DNA of 64,000 nt from Camelus dromedarius (Eukaryota): assembly GCF_036321535.1 (NCBI RefSeq), contig NC_087436.1, forward strand, positions 51,276,001 through 51,340,000, given 5' to 3'. The notes below the pieces were generated by a model that was not told where the DNA came from, made no database searches, and worked only from the letters and a program-made list of their open reading frames with translations. Of this stretch, positions 13,487 through 25,249 are shown in pieces (the stretch's first letter is position 1; every line of letters begins with the position of its first letter). The translations under genes were made by a program, and so were the position numbers.

Positions 13487-13739
13487 TAGCAGTTTATTTT
13501 TATTTTTACATAGTATTCTATGTATGAATAGACTACGCTTCATTTGTCCATTCTACTACTCATAGGCACTTGGTTTATTTCCAGTTGTGGGCTGTCATGA
13601 GTGCTATTGCCATGAACACTCTTGTATATAGTTCTTGGTGCCCACGTGCATACATTTCCGTTGAGTAGGTTTTTAGCACTAGAATTGCTGAGTAATACGA
13701 TTTGCGTAGTTTTAAGCAGATGAAGACAGAAACGCGCCT

Positions 13740-13895
13740 TTGGTAACCTAATCTTGGAAATGATATCCTATCTTTTTACCATATTTTATTCATTAGAAGC
13801 AGGTCACTTGGTCCAGTCCACACGCAAAGGGAGGGAGTTACCCAAGGCGATGCTGCCAGGAGGCAGGGACGGTTAAGTCATTTCAGAAGTCTCCT
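13740..13895 (-). mobile_element. MaLR LTR fragment (MLT1F/G/H-like)
   Basis: taacctaatcttggaaatgata...attagaagcaggtcact...gtccagtccacacgcaaagggaggg. Confidence 0.7.
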
Positions 13896-13899
13896 AATG

Positions 13900-14640
13900 C
13901 CCCGTTGTTTTCTTTTCTCTGGAACATTTGTGTAAGATTTGTGTCATTTCTTCTGATGTTTTTCTAGTTACCTGGTACAAGAGATTTAATTTTAATATTC
14001 TTAGATTATGGGAAGATTTGGAGTCAACTTCTTTAATAGATAAAGGAATATTATATTTCACTTTTTGCCTTTTGTTGATAATTTCTACTTTTCTAGACAC
14101 TTGATCTTTCTATCTCCATGTTTATATTTATTAGCCTAAAGCTGTTCACAATATCCTCTTTTGATACGGCAGAAGTGATAGTAAGGTCTACTTTTTCATT
14201 TTTGACACTGGTTATTTGTGCCTTCTTTCATTTTTTTTAATATTCTTTCTATCATTTGCCACTTTTTTGATATTTTATTTTTATTTTTTAATGAGGTACT
14301 GGGGATTGAACCCAGCATCTCGGGCATGCTAAGTATACACTCTACCACTGAGCTATACCCTCCCCACCATTTTTTCTTGATTAGTCTCACGAGAAGTTTA
14401 TGAGTTCTATGTTCTTTTCCAAAAATCAATTATTGGCTATGCTGACCTTTAATTTCTCTTTTTATTTTATTTTTAAATTTGTGCTCTTTCCAGGGGTTGA
14501 AAGATATGTGTATATATATATATATGTAAATATATATAACCCTTTTAATTTTCAAGCTTCTACAGGATTAAGTTTTAGATATGTCTTTCATAAACATTAT
14601 ATAACTGAGAATTTTACAAAAATATGGGTTTAAATCTACA
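13900..14640 (-). mobile_element. Old L1M ORF2 remnant
   Basis: T-rich; ttttcttgattagtctcacgagaagtttatgagtt...ttttccaaaaatcaatt. Confidence 0.65.
14267..14365 (-). mobile_element. tRNA-Ala-derived SINE (camelid-type) with A-rich tail
   Basis: Reverse strand reads ggggagggtatagctcagtggtagagtgtatacttagcatgcccgagatgctgggttcaatccccagtacctc plus aaaaaataaaaataaaat; Pol III A and B boxes visible. Confidence 0.9.
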
Positions 14641-14699
14641 ATTTATGAATTTCTTTGTATACCTCATACTTCATTTACTTGTCTTCTTTTGGTGTGAGA

Positions 14700-15432
14700 T
14701 TTTTTTTAAATGCAAGTTGATAGAGACATAAAGTATATATGGTGAGACTGCACAATTTTAAATTTGAGTGTGGTGTGTTTTGATAAATGAACACATTCAT
14801 ATAACGATCACAACTAAGATATAGAACATTTTCATCATACCTAAAAAATGCCTTGTGCCCCATTGTAGTCAATCCCTTCTTCAGTCCCCCCAGGCTATAG
14901 TAACAACCTGATTTCTGTCCCTAAGACTTTGCATTTTTCTGAATGTCATAAACATGGAATCATACAGCATGTAACCTTTTGTCTCTGGCTTCCTTCATTT
15001 ACCCTGCTTTCAAGATTCATCGATGTTGTTGCATGTATCATGAGTTATTTTTTCTTGCGGAATAGTATTGCACCATGTGGATACACCATGATGTTTTCAT
15101 CCTTTCTCCAACTGATGGGCATTTGGGGACTTTTAAATTCTGGGCTATTATGAATAAAGCTGCTATACACATTAGCAGACAGGTCATTTGTTGACCTGTG
15201 TTTTAAAACAGAATTTGTACATCACAAACAGAATTTGTACATCATACAGTAAGGGCAAGATTGGTTTTATGAGAAAATTTCAAACTGTTTTCCAAAAATG
15301 TTAGTCCCACCAGTGGTGTATGAGAATTCCAGTTGCTTTGCATTCTTGGTAGCACTTGGTATTGTCAGTTTTTAATTTTTGTTTTCAAACAACCTAGTAG
15401 GTGTGAAGCGGTATCTCACTGTGGTTTTAATG
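14700..15432 (-). mobile_element. L1MB/MC 3' UTR
   Basis: atagaacattttcatcatacctaaaa; gaatgtcataaacatggaatcatacagcatgta; gggctattatgaataaagctgct; gtatctcactgtggttttaat. Confidence 0.9.
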
Positions 15433-15649
15433 TCCTAGTAACTAAGACCCCTTTAGAGCTGACTCCCCGGAAGAGGGAGCAGCACCCTGTCAAGGCCACT
15501 AGGCTTTGCAGCTTCCCCACCCAGCTGTCCCAGGAGGCTGGTCGGCACCGAGCCCCCAGGGTGATTACATAGGACCTCATGTGTCCAGCAGGGTGCTGAG
15601 AGGAGCTCCCCAAGCTGGGATAACCAGGGAAGGGACAACACTGCTGCAC

Positions 15650-15800
15650 CTACATTATTTTATTTAATTCCCCGATGACATAGGTATTTCTATTTTACCG
15701 ATGAGGAAGTTGAAACTCGTCAGCATTAGGTGGTTCACCTAAACCCACAGAGCTGATAAGCAGAAGTTCCAGAATGGAAGTTTGGGCTTTTGTGGATCTG
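15650..15800 (-). mobile_element. MIR fragment
   Basis: ctattttaccgatgaggaagttgaaactc...cccacagagctgataagcagaag. Confidence 0.7.
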
Positions 15801-17269
15801 AAGCTAATGCTTGAAATTACTCTGAAATTTGCAGGTGGTAAATATCCTCTCAAGGTCCTTTTCTCTGGACAGAATAGCATCTCTTTTTAAAGCCTTATTT
15901 TCCAAAATGTTCATCAAATTCAAGGTTTTACTGGATCCTTTTTTTCTCCCCAAACTCCCTATATCACTCCTTATTTCCACACTACAGTGTTGAATAAGTA
16001 AATCCAAATTTGCTCCTTGGTGACAATTACTGTCACTGTGATGTCAAGCTATTCTGATGGGGCTTATTGACTCTGAGTAAATGGAACCTGGGACCGTTGG
16101 CAGGGTTTGGCACAGGCTGTTACGATGTAGCTTAATGCACCCTGAGGGTTTATGGATGGATAAGCTGCACGAAGTAGGCCAGCTACACGTTACGGCCTGT
16201 CTTTTCCAAAAGAGATGCTGAACATACTTGATTTCAATGGTGCACATTCTGTAATAATTTAACATTAAGCCCTCACAAATTGCTGTTCAACCTTGGTATT
16301 CCAGACTAACATTATTAAGTTTAGAGGTTTGTTGTTACATATGGTCAATCTATCCTATGTAAATTAATAGTGGTGGTCAGTATGTGGTTATGTTCACTGC
16401 CCATTACAATTTACTCTTAAGTTTTGAGTTATATTAAGGACTTAGGGATTTTTTTTTTTTTACTGTTTCCTTTCTATTTAATACTACAAGTAATTAGCCT
16501 TTCTGCTTTTAGCAAGAGTTAAATAGTCATATGGTATCTGTCGAGATCTTTTGCTATTCTTTGATAATTTTTCCAGAATAGGTCATGTTTAATGAAACTT
16601 ATTTAATCATACAGAGAGTGTCCTGGGGGGAAAAGTAAGAGATAGTTTGTAACACATGTATATTTTGGCACATATTATTGGCAACATATGAGGTTGCATT
16701 TATTGAATTTTAAACTGAAGGACATGTTATACCAATGCTAAACTGGGTAGATCAGAGAAATCTGAACGTAATTCTGATTATTTGGTCAGTTTTTAAGATA
16801 CAGAGGGCAAGGCTGGGAATGTAAATGGAAGGGACTAACTGTTAAAATTTTGAATGCACTGTTCTCTTTTGTCTTCCCAAGGCCTCTGACCTAATTTGCT
16901 GGACATCTAACTCCTTGGAGGATGGAGGGAGAGGGGAGAGTAGGTGAGCAGAAATTATAGTTTGTTAGGGAAGGAATACCAAGAAGAGACCAAGAGAACG
17001 TTCAGCCTCCATTGTTCCATCACAAGGTCATGCCACAGGATCGCGGTCCTAGCATTCTGCCTTCAGACACCTTTTCAGATCCTTGACTTCCTCCTTCAGT
17101 GTCCCCACATCCAAGCATGGAGGATTCGGTCTGTTGAGCTCTCTGGTGGAGTATAGGAGATGGAACACCTGCCGTTAGGATTGGCTGGAGTCTGGAAGAG
17201 GATATCAGTAAAGAAGGAAATAAAAACATTTTTTTCCATTTCAAATAATTTGTGAGAAGGAAAAATATG

Positions 17270-17480
17270 TGTTAATTTATTGAATAGCTTCTAGGCATTC
17301 GGTTCTAAGTACTTCTATGCATATAAGTATGTATCAGCTCATTCAATCCTCACGACACTGCGAGGTAAATTACTATTTTAGTCCCATTTTACAGCTGAGG
17401 AAGCTGGAACACAGAGCCAGCAAATACCTCACCTGAGATTATGCATCTAATGAGTGGCAGAGGGGCACTGGGCTGTCTGA
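17270..17480 (-). mobile_element. MIR
   Basis: tttattgaatagctt...ctcattcaatcctcac...cccattttacagctgaggaagctgg. Confidence 0.85.
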
Positions 17481-18704
17481 CTAGCCCCACTAGCTCCTAA
17501 GGAGAAGGGTTGAGGACAAGGCCCAAGGCAAAGAGGGCAGGCAGTTTCTCCCTGCTACCCACCCAGGACTAGGAAGTCACCTCTGAGACTCATCTCGCCC
17601 CAGCCTCGGGCCTGACCGAAGTGCTGAGGCTACACGGTGTGCTCAGAAGAGGGAGATCTTACAGTATGGCCTTCCTGAGCTGCCTTCAGGGGTCTGCAGT
17701 GGGACTTGAGCCTGAGAGCCAGGCTCCATTGGGTGATTCTATAGGCACAGTGGCTCATTGACTGAAACGAGGCCGTAGTTCTCATGCAGAGAACTGTGGC
17801 CAGTAGGAGCAGGGGTGAGACAGGGTTAACAAGGATATTGTACTAAGCATTGTCCAAGCTGGCAGAGAAAGAAATCAGAGCCCCACTGAGAGAGTGAAGC
17901 TATGCAGCATAGCAGCAGGGCAAACAGCACCCAGGAGCTTGGGTGTTGCCATGGAGACCTGAGGAAGCAGAGTGCAGTTGCACGGAAGACTCTGACTTTA
18001 TTTTTCCAGGAGGACTCAAAAGCTTTATTCCCCACAACCACCACTATTCACTGCATGTTACCACAGGGCGAAGTGCAGGGGAGCTGGGCCAGATCAGTCA
18101 TCACCGGGAGATGTGCAGAGGAATGAGGCTAGTTTGGGGACTAAATGATTTTTTGGAAACACTGAATATTTTATAGCGGAAGTCAACACAATTAGATGAA
18201 ATTGTTTGAACTAAATTTAGTTAATTTATTATCTAGTTACTTAGTGGGGAGGGGATGAAAACAGAGGGCCAGTTTAAGTAGAAGGGCCCTAAGAACTTTC
18301 ACTTTCTCTTCACATCTGGATTATAGTGGGAGTTAAATTTTATAAAGCTCTTACAAAATCTGGCTAATCCAAAGGAAAGAAAAAGAAAAAAATCCATTGT
18401 CAACTGTATAGGCAATGAAAACAGCACACATAAAATAATCAGAAAAATGAAAGGGAGAAGTTGGAACTACAGAAATAGGACAACAGCATAATAATAACCT
18501 TCTTGATGGTAGCCAGTTAGATTAGAACCTAATTTAACAAAGAAGAATTTGCAAGGCATTTAATTTCAAGGCTACCTCGCTGTTACAGAAATGTACATGG
18601 TTGTAAAAAAATAAAAACAAAAACAAATACCTAAATACTGTGAGTAGGATGGGAAAAAAATGTAAATTATAGGGAGAAAGCACAATTTCAGTATCTCAGT
18701 AGGT

Positions 18705-18915
18705 TGTTCCGGGGCCGCCCACACCTTTACTCGTCAGACCGTGCGCTTTTCCTCCCCACTGCGCTTCTGGGCTTGGGCTGGAGGGCGGTGGGGGAAGGAG
18801 GAGGTCGCTCCTCCTCCGCAGCGCTCAGTGCCTCCTCCCACTTCTCCCTGCCTGTCTGCGCCCACTGCCCCGCTTTGTTCAGCCCTCGTTGGCTCTTTCT
18901 CGGACTATTGCGAAG
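18705..18915. promoter_or_regulatory. Small CpG-rich element, candidate promoter or enhancer
   Basis: 15 CpGs counted in ~205 bp against a depleted background; GC boxes (ccgccc 18715-18720, gggcgg 18783-18788); ETS-like ttccgg 18707-18712; no TE similarity recognised. Confidence 0.6.
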
Positions 18916-19409
18916 TCTTCCTAATTGATTTCACCTCCTACCATCTCTCTTTCCTCTAATTCATCCTTGTAAAGCTTTTCCAGGCTTATTTTACTGAAGC
19001 ATGGTTTTTGCGGTGTCTCCCCTGCATAAAATCTATAGAAATCCCTACAAATATCTCTCATTTGGTGACCAACGTGGGTAAAAACTCCTCTCTCCAGCAT
19101 GCAAAGTATTTCATAAGACCATAGCAACCCTGCTGCCGAAGGTCCCAGTATTCCTTTTCTTGGAAGCGTTTTCTTGGAACAGGTACTGCAGGGGCTTGTC
19201 CATTTGCTCCTAGGGGATCAATAGGTTTGATCATTCAGTAGTTCTATACACATAGATAATCAAATAAACAGGTGGAGGAAGAAAAAAATGAATATAACCA
19301 TGTGATCAGGTTAGGCAGAAGCAAGTGACACCTGGAAGAGGAAGAATCCTGTTACTAGAAAGGAGGTCTCTTGGGGTTTCTGGAAGAAGAGGCCCAATCA
19401 AGAACTCTA

Positions 19410-19686
19410 ACAGACTCAGAGACACAGGGAAAAAGCTTATGGTTGCCAAAGGGGTAGAGGGGGAAGGTAAATTAGGAGCTTGGGATTAGCAGATGCACAT
19501 TACTTTATATAACATAAATGAACAACAAGGTCCTACTCTATAACTCAGGGAACTATATTCAATATCTTGTAATAACCTGTAATGAAAAAGAATATATATG
19601 TGTATCTGTGTAAAACTGAATCACTATGCCGTACACCGGAAACTAACACAACATTGTAAATCAACTGTACTTCAATTTTTAAAAAA
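19410..19686 (+). mobile_element. Cetartiodactyl L1 3' end
   Basis: ggagcttgggattagcagatgcaca...aacaacaaggtcctact...cagggaactatattcaatatcttgtaataacc...caacattgtaaatcaactgtacttcaat. Confidence 0.92.
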
Positions 19687-19889
19687 TGAATAGCAAATTT
19701 GCAAGGCCACAGAAATACACAAGGGCTAGTGAAATGGAAAATACCCTATTCAGTCTCCACTTCTGGTAAGACAAACGAGAATATTGTGTCGTGAGTAGAA
19801 AGCTGTAAACTCACATCTCCCATACCTCTGATATCTTGGCCATCTTTATTTTCTTTTTTTGGCCTACCAGAGATCAGCTGATGGATCTC

Positions 19890-19924
19890 TCTATCTATCT
19901 ATCATCTATCTATCTATCATCTAT
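19890..19924. repeat. (TATC)n microsatellite
   Basis: ctatctatctatcatctatctatctatcatctat. Confidence 0.9.
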
Positions 19925-19929
19925 TTCTT

Positions 19930-20240
19930 GTCAACTTTATCGAAGTATAATTTGTATACAATAAAACTTACCGATACTATGTGTGCAGTCAATGAATTTT
20001 AATAAATGAACTCAACCACGTAACCTCCAGCATGATCGACAGAGCATTTCCATCACCCTCAAAACTGCCCTGCCCTCCTGCTTCTTTGCAGATCATCCCC
20101 TCACTGATTCCTCCCTCCACAACCACTGATCTGCATTCTATCACTGTAGTTTTGCTTTTCCTCAAGCTTTATATACATAGAATCATATTGTGTACATTCT
20201 TTTATGTTAGGCATCTTTAACTTAGCATAATGCCTTTGAG
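19930..20240 (-). mobile_element. L1MB/MC/ME 3' end
   Basis: caactttatcgaagtataattt...gagcatttccatcaccctcaaaa...aaccactgatctgcattctatcactgtag. Confidence 0.85.
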
Positions 20241-20289
20241 GCCAGAGAGCTTACTTTTACAAAAATCAACGGCAGCTGGGACCAAGGTT

Positions 20290-20530
20290 GTGAAAGAACA
20301 GGAACTCTGCACTCAGAAAGCAGTGAATTTGATTCTAAGATTTGACACTTACTGTCTGTGTGACTGTGGGCAAGTTAAATAACTTCTTTGCACATTAGTC
20401 TTTTAAACATTAAAATGGGGGGCAAAAATATTGAATTCATAAGATTGTCATGGGGATTAATATTATAAGTATAACTATTTAATAAAGTAATGAGCAAAAA
20501 CCAAGTGACTACTACATGGCTCGCACATTT
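20290..20530 (+). mobile_element. MIR
   Basis: acttactgtctgtgtgactgtgggcaagttaaataac...aaaatgggg...ataagattgtcatggggattaa. Confidence 0.85.
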
Positions 20531-20607
20531 GGGGCTTTCAGAAATGGTAGCCAGTATTATTAACAGTAGCAGAGACGGCTTGCTGTGCCCCAATATCTGA
20601 ACTCCCC

Positions 20608-20719
20608 AAGGTAACCACACGTCACAGTCGATATGTGCTGTCCTGGAATAATTATTAATGGTACCCTCTTGCAACTCAATAAAGTTGCAGTTTGGAAGAT
20701 AAATTTCATGATACCCTAG
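20608..20719. mobile_element. MER94-like hAT-Blackjack MITE
   Basis: aaggtaaccac...tgctgtcctggaataattattaatgg...gtttggaagataaatttcatgatacccta. Confidence 0.65.
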
Positions 20720-20749
20720 GTCTCTCCTTCTTCCTCAATAATGGGATTC

Positions 20750-21830
20750 TCAAATTTTCACTGGGCATTGAGTTATTCCAATCAGAATAAAGTTTATTTT
20801 TAATAGTTTCCTTTGTAGCCCAATAGTCATTTGACTAAATTTTGACCAATAAGCTGTAAGTAGAACTATTGGGAAACTTTTGGGAATTTTTTTTTTGAAA
20901 GTCATGAAGTATTTTATATAAATAAATAAGAATTCCTGTATGCTCTTCCCCCAGAGTCTCACGCAAGTGTAAAAACTGTACCACATCCTCTATTTCTCCC
21001 TCTCTCTAACACGTTATTGTTTATAGTTTTGCTTATAGTCATCTTAGTGGGTGTAAAGTGATATCTCACGGTGGTTTTGATTGTGTTTCCCTGATGACTA
21101 ATGATGCTGCTCATCTTTTCTCATGTTTATTGATAAGATATTGTTATCTTATCAGAATCAAGAGACTTGGGTTCTAATTCTTTGCCCAATTTTTAATTGT
21201 GGTTTTTGTCTCTTTAATGTTGAGTTATAAAAGTTCTTTATATATTTTGGATACTAGACCATTATCAGATACCTGATTTGAAAATATTTTCTCCCATTCT
21301 GTGGGTTATGTTTTCACTTTCTTACTTTGAAACCTAAAAGCTTTTAATTTTGATGAAGTCCAATTTATCTATTTTTTCCTTTTAAAATTTATATCAATTT
21401 ATAATTGATAATAAAACATTATATAGTTTCAGATGTATAACATAATGATTCCATATTTGTGTATACTGTGAAAACTGCAATAAATCTAGTTGACATTCAT
21501 CACTGTAGTTACAAAAAAATTTTTTTTGTGATGAAAACATTAAAAATCTTATGAAAACTTTTAATTGTTTTTGGGTGAAGGTATGCCTTTCTCCTTCCTT
21601 TTTCTTACCTTAATTTACTGTAATGGAGATATGATGGCTGGAGCTGGGGTAACCATTTTGGATTATGAGGTGAATTTGACAATAAAATTGGGCCATACCA
21701 GTGGCCCACAAAATAGAAGGATCTTACTATAGTTTGCTGGAGAGAGAAATAAATTTCTATTTTTTTTAAAGCTAATACTATTTTGTACCTTTTGTCATTC
21801 ATAGATAAACTTATTTACAATGAATACCTT
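20750..21830 (+). mobile_element. MaLR LTR (MLT1J-like) split by L1 insertions
   Basis: 5' part gtcatttgactaaattttgaccaataagctgtaagtagaa (~20825-20865); 3' part atgatggctggagctggggtaaccattttggattatgagg...gagagaaataaatttctat (~21630-21760). Confidence 0.65.
21015..21550 (-). mobile_element. L1MA/MB fragments (ORF2 end/3' UTR plus a 3' terminus)
   Basis: gtgggtgtaaagtgatatctcacggtggttttgatt...aatattttctcccattctgtggg...ttgatgaagtccaatttatct. Confidence 0.88.
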
Positions 21831-23724
21831 AATCCTTTCTCACATGCCACCCTCAGTTGAAACCCTAACATGCTTAGGGCAAAGTGCCTCAAAACTATGC
21901 ACCAAGAGAAGATAATTTCCACTTTGGGCATCTATGAAATATAGCAAAAGATAAATATCCTTTATCATATTTCTGTTCTTCAAGTAATTTACTTGCCAGT
22001 TTGTGGCAATTTTATTTATGTCTATGTGACCCTCTTGGCTAAATAATATGCATGTGGACTCCAAACAGTTCTAGTTTTCACGCCACGGTTTGGGGCAACA
22101 CTCAGAGACATCATTTAATGAAGAGATCAAGACTGAACAGTCAGGGTCCTTCACAAAGGAAGTCCCAGAGCTTCTTTGTCTCTTTTTATTTGCACGTTCG
22201 TGCTCTCTTATCTTTCAGTTGACCAGGCATTCAGTTTTGTGGCCAAGGTTATTATCTCTCAAATATAAGCTTACTTTTTCTCTTTACTTGTTCTTTATGC
22301 CAGTTACAAAAGGCTGTATTGTAAGAATCTATATTTATGTAGATATCACTGGGCCTTAGACTTTAAGACCTGAAAGGTATGTTAGAAATCATCTGGTTGG
22401 AAGATTTATTGCATATATGTTTTAATTGTTTTCCTTCTTTTACTATTTGTCACAGCCAAAGAGTCTTCCATCTCTATAATAGCTAGTCAGTTTGGCACAA
22501 GTTAACCGCATTAAAAAACGTTTCAAGCTATCAAATTATAATTCACAAGAGGTAAATACTAAGGAGAAAAAAGTCATTAAGAGCACACTATTAAAGTGAA
22601 ATCTTAACTCAGAAGACACATTTTCAACATGCTCATCTTAAGTTGGTGATGAGTTAAGTATGGACTGATAATTGGGGAAGTACAGTGATTGAATACTTGG
22701 TTTGTACTTAATTATAGAGGGAACATTAATCTCCATCAAAATAAGTATTTAAGCTTCATAAAAATGCAGAGAAAGAAACTCCTTCCCAATGGCCCATGAC
22801 TATTACCTTAAATGTGGATGCCCACAATCTTGTACGCAGGCAGGGTCTGACTCTTTATAAAACGTGAGCAGTGTAATTAAGAGATACAAATTGTATAACA
22901 GAGACACAATGTTTCTTCTGCATTTACATGTGCACAGATGGTCATATTCAATTCATTCATTCATTCAAAGTATGTTCATCAGGATATTGAATTTACTGTC
23001 TTGGTAGGGGCAAGACCTTCTGAAAGACGGTGTTTCATAAATACTTATAGCAGCAGTTTAATTCCAAAGTGGAGATTTCAGAGGGATGGCATGACTTTCT
23101 AGGTCATCCAAATAAACAGAAGCAGCTGTTTTTTTCTTGAACAATCAGATCTTGAAAAAAATGACTTTTATGTGATTCTAGATTTTCATCCTTAAACATA
23201 ATGACAGAAGTCATTCCAGTATACCAGGCTCATCCACACATCTGCGTGGGGAGAAAGTGCAGCATCTGTAGGGTTATCAACCTCATTACTGGAATGGCTA
23301 TGTTGCTCAAAAATTCATAGTTACCTTCTTAAACATAATACTCTCATAGCTAACTTTTTGTCCTACCTAATTCTGCTTTCTATATATAATGTAAAACAAA
23401 CCCATATATTCTTTCTCATGGCAGTTTTTTGCAGTTTTTCTTACACTATTTTTTCTGAAGGTTATCTTTCCACTATTTAGTCATACGTTCACTTAAAACA
23501 TGACTTCCAGAACTTCTACATCCTTGTCATACTCCAAGTTGTCCAAGTTCTCTTTTCTTTAATATCTGCAGTACAGAATCAAAAATGGTAGTCCATTCAA
23601 GTTTAGAAATACGGTTATTATATTAATGTAACTTGAGGTTGTATTGGCTTTTTTCTTAAGATATCACATGCATGGATCAAGCAGAACTTTACAGAAAAGT
23701 TTAATCAGGTAATTTTCCTAAATT

Positions 23725-23740
23725 ATGTGTGTGTGTGTGT
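23725..23740. repeat. (TG)n microsatellite
   Basis: (TG)8. Confidence 0.9.
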
Positions 23741-25249
23741 CTATAGTTTTAAAGTTGGGGCATAGGAAGTTGGTAACTCTAAGGCAGGAATCATAATTTA
23801 TATATATCCATGGGGCTGGCAGGTGAAAAACAAACTTGGAATTTAGGGCACTTGTACAAAATTGGGAGTGGAGCGTCTATATGGCGAGCTGTATCATTCT
23901 TTTCAATGTAATTCTCTGCTGATCTACTGCCATCACTTTGACATTCCAAATCGTCAGCCCTGTGTTAGTGGGAGATAAAATGGTGTGGTCAGTTTTGTTT
24001 GTCAGGACTGGATGGATGCCACCTTTTAGAACAATAATTAGCTCTTGAAGGATCCTCAGTCCTTTCTGAACATGGAAACAACCTTGTTTTTTTTTTTTCA
24101 AATTCCAAAAATGGTCTTTTTAAACTAGCAGTTTCTTTTCCATAGGAAAAATTTAAAGATTTGTGCATGTACAAAAGAATGGTTGAGGCAATTAACTCAT
24201 TACACCTATATGTTCCTTTGATGTAAAAAACTGTCAAACTATTTTATTTTTGTGAGAAATATTGAGAAATTCGCATTTATGCTTGTATTGGCTTTTAATT
24301 AGTTATATTGGCTCATCTGTACCTTTTTATTCGGTGGAGTCTTCATAAGGATCATATATGGTGAAGCCCATAGAATCTTGGTACAAATCACTTAGAAATA
24401 AATTATTTTGCCACTGTGTTCAAGCAATTTCATGTTTCAGAAACATGGATCAGGTAGCTCTAGTGGCCTACGTGAAGGAATTCATTTCTGCTTTGTAATG
24501 TATTTCACTATTTTTAACCAAAACTTGGTGGGACGAAAGTCACATCCAACAACTAAACCATACTTAAAATTTTTTATTTCATTCTTATCCTTTTTCTAAG
24601 AAATATTTCTAGGTTTAATGTCATGGTTGTGTCAATGTTCTATAGGGAACTTGAAAAAAAAAGGACAGGTTGCTCTTCTTACCATCAGACACACAGAGAT
24701 CATTCCTAGTTCTAGAGGTCCCTTGACGTGGAGGGCTGTGTTTGTCACTTGCTTTCATTTTAGGCAACAATGTAGGTGGTGCCGGCCAGAGGATGAGCAC
24801 AAATATCATGAGAGGCCCCAGTCCCAATGCAGGAGCAGACACAGGCAGAAGCTGAGGTTACCAGCAATGTCATAGAAGAGATGTATTTTACGCAAATTTC
24901 AAAGGGTTAAGCTACTCATGCCCCAGCTCCAGTTCTGTCTGTCCTCTTCAACTAAGGGCATTTCTATCAGCCCTGCATTTTCTAACAGCCACTGCAGATG
25001 CTCTACCATGCAGAAACTTCACTTTCAGGAAAATTTAGTTAAATTATTCTTCAGGTTTGTCCTATTTCTCTCAGTCATTCACCACGTCTCCCCCCAACTC
25101 CCACCAAGACCACTCCCAACATTCCAGAAAATAATTTTTCTTCATGAGAAACTTGAGAGGCATGACAGAAAATATGGGGCTAATCCAGCTTTCCCACCCT
25201 ACACCCGCCACCTTCGGCTCCCTCAGGGTAGCTGCTCTCTCCTGCCTTT

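Larger units (their letters stand above)
12900..13720 (-). mobile_element. L1ME/L1MD 3' UTR remnant, interrupted by a younger L1
   Basis: gaacttcatataaatagaataatccaatatg; catttgtccattctact; ttccagttgtgggctgtcatgagt. Confidence 0.8.

Noticed and set aside
14293..14365. Functional tRNA-Ala gene
   Set aside because: Broken stems, an A-rich tail and insertion within an L1 indicate a SINE.
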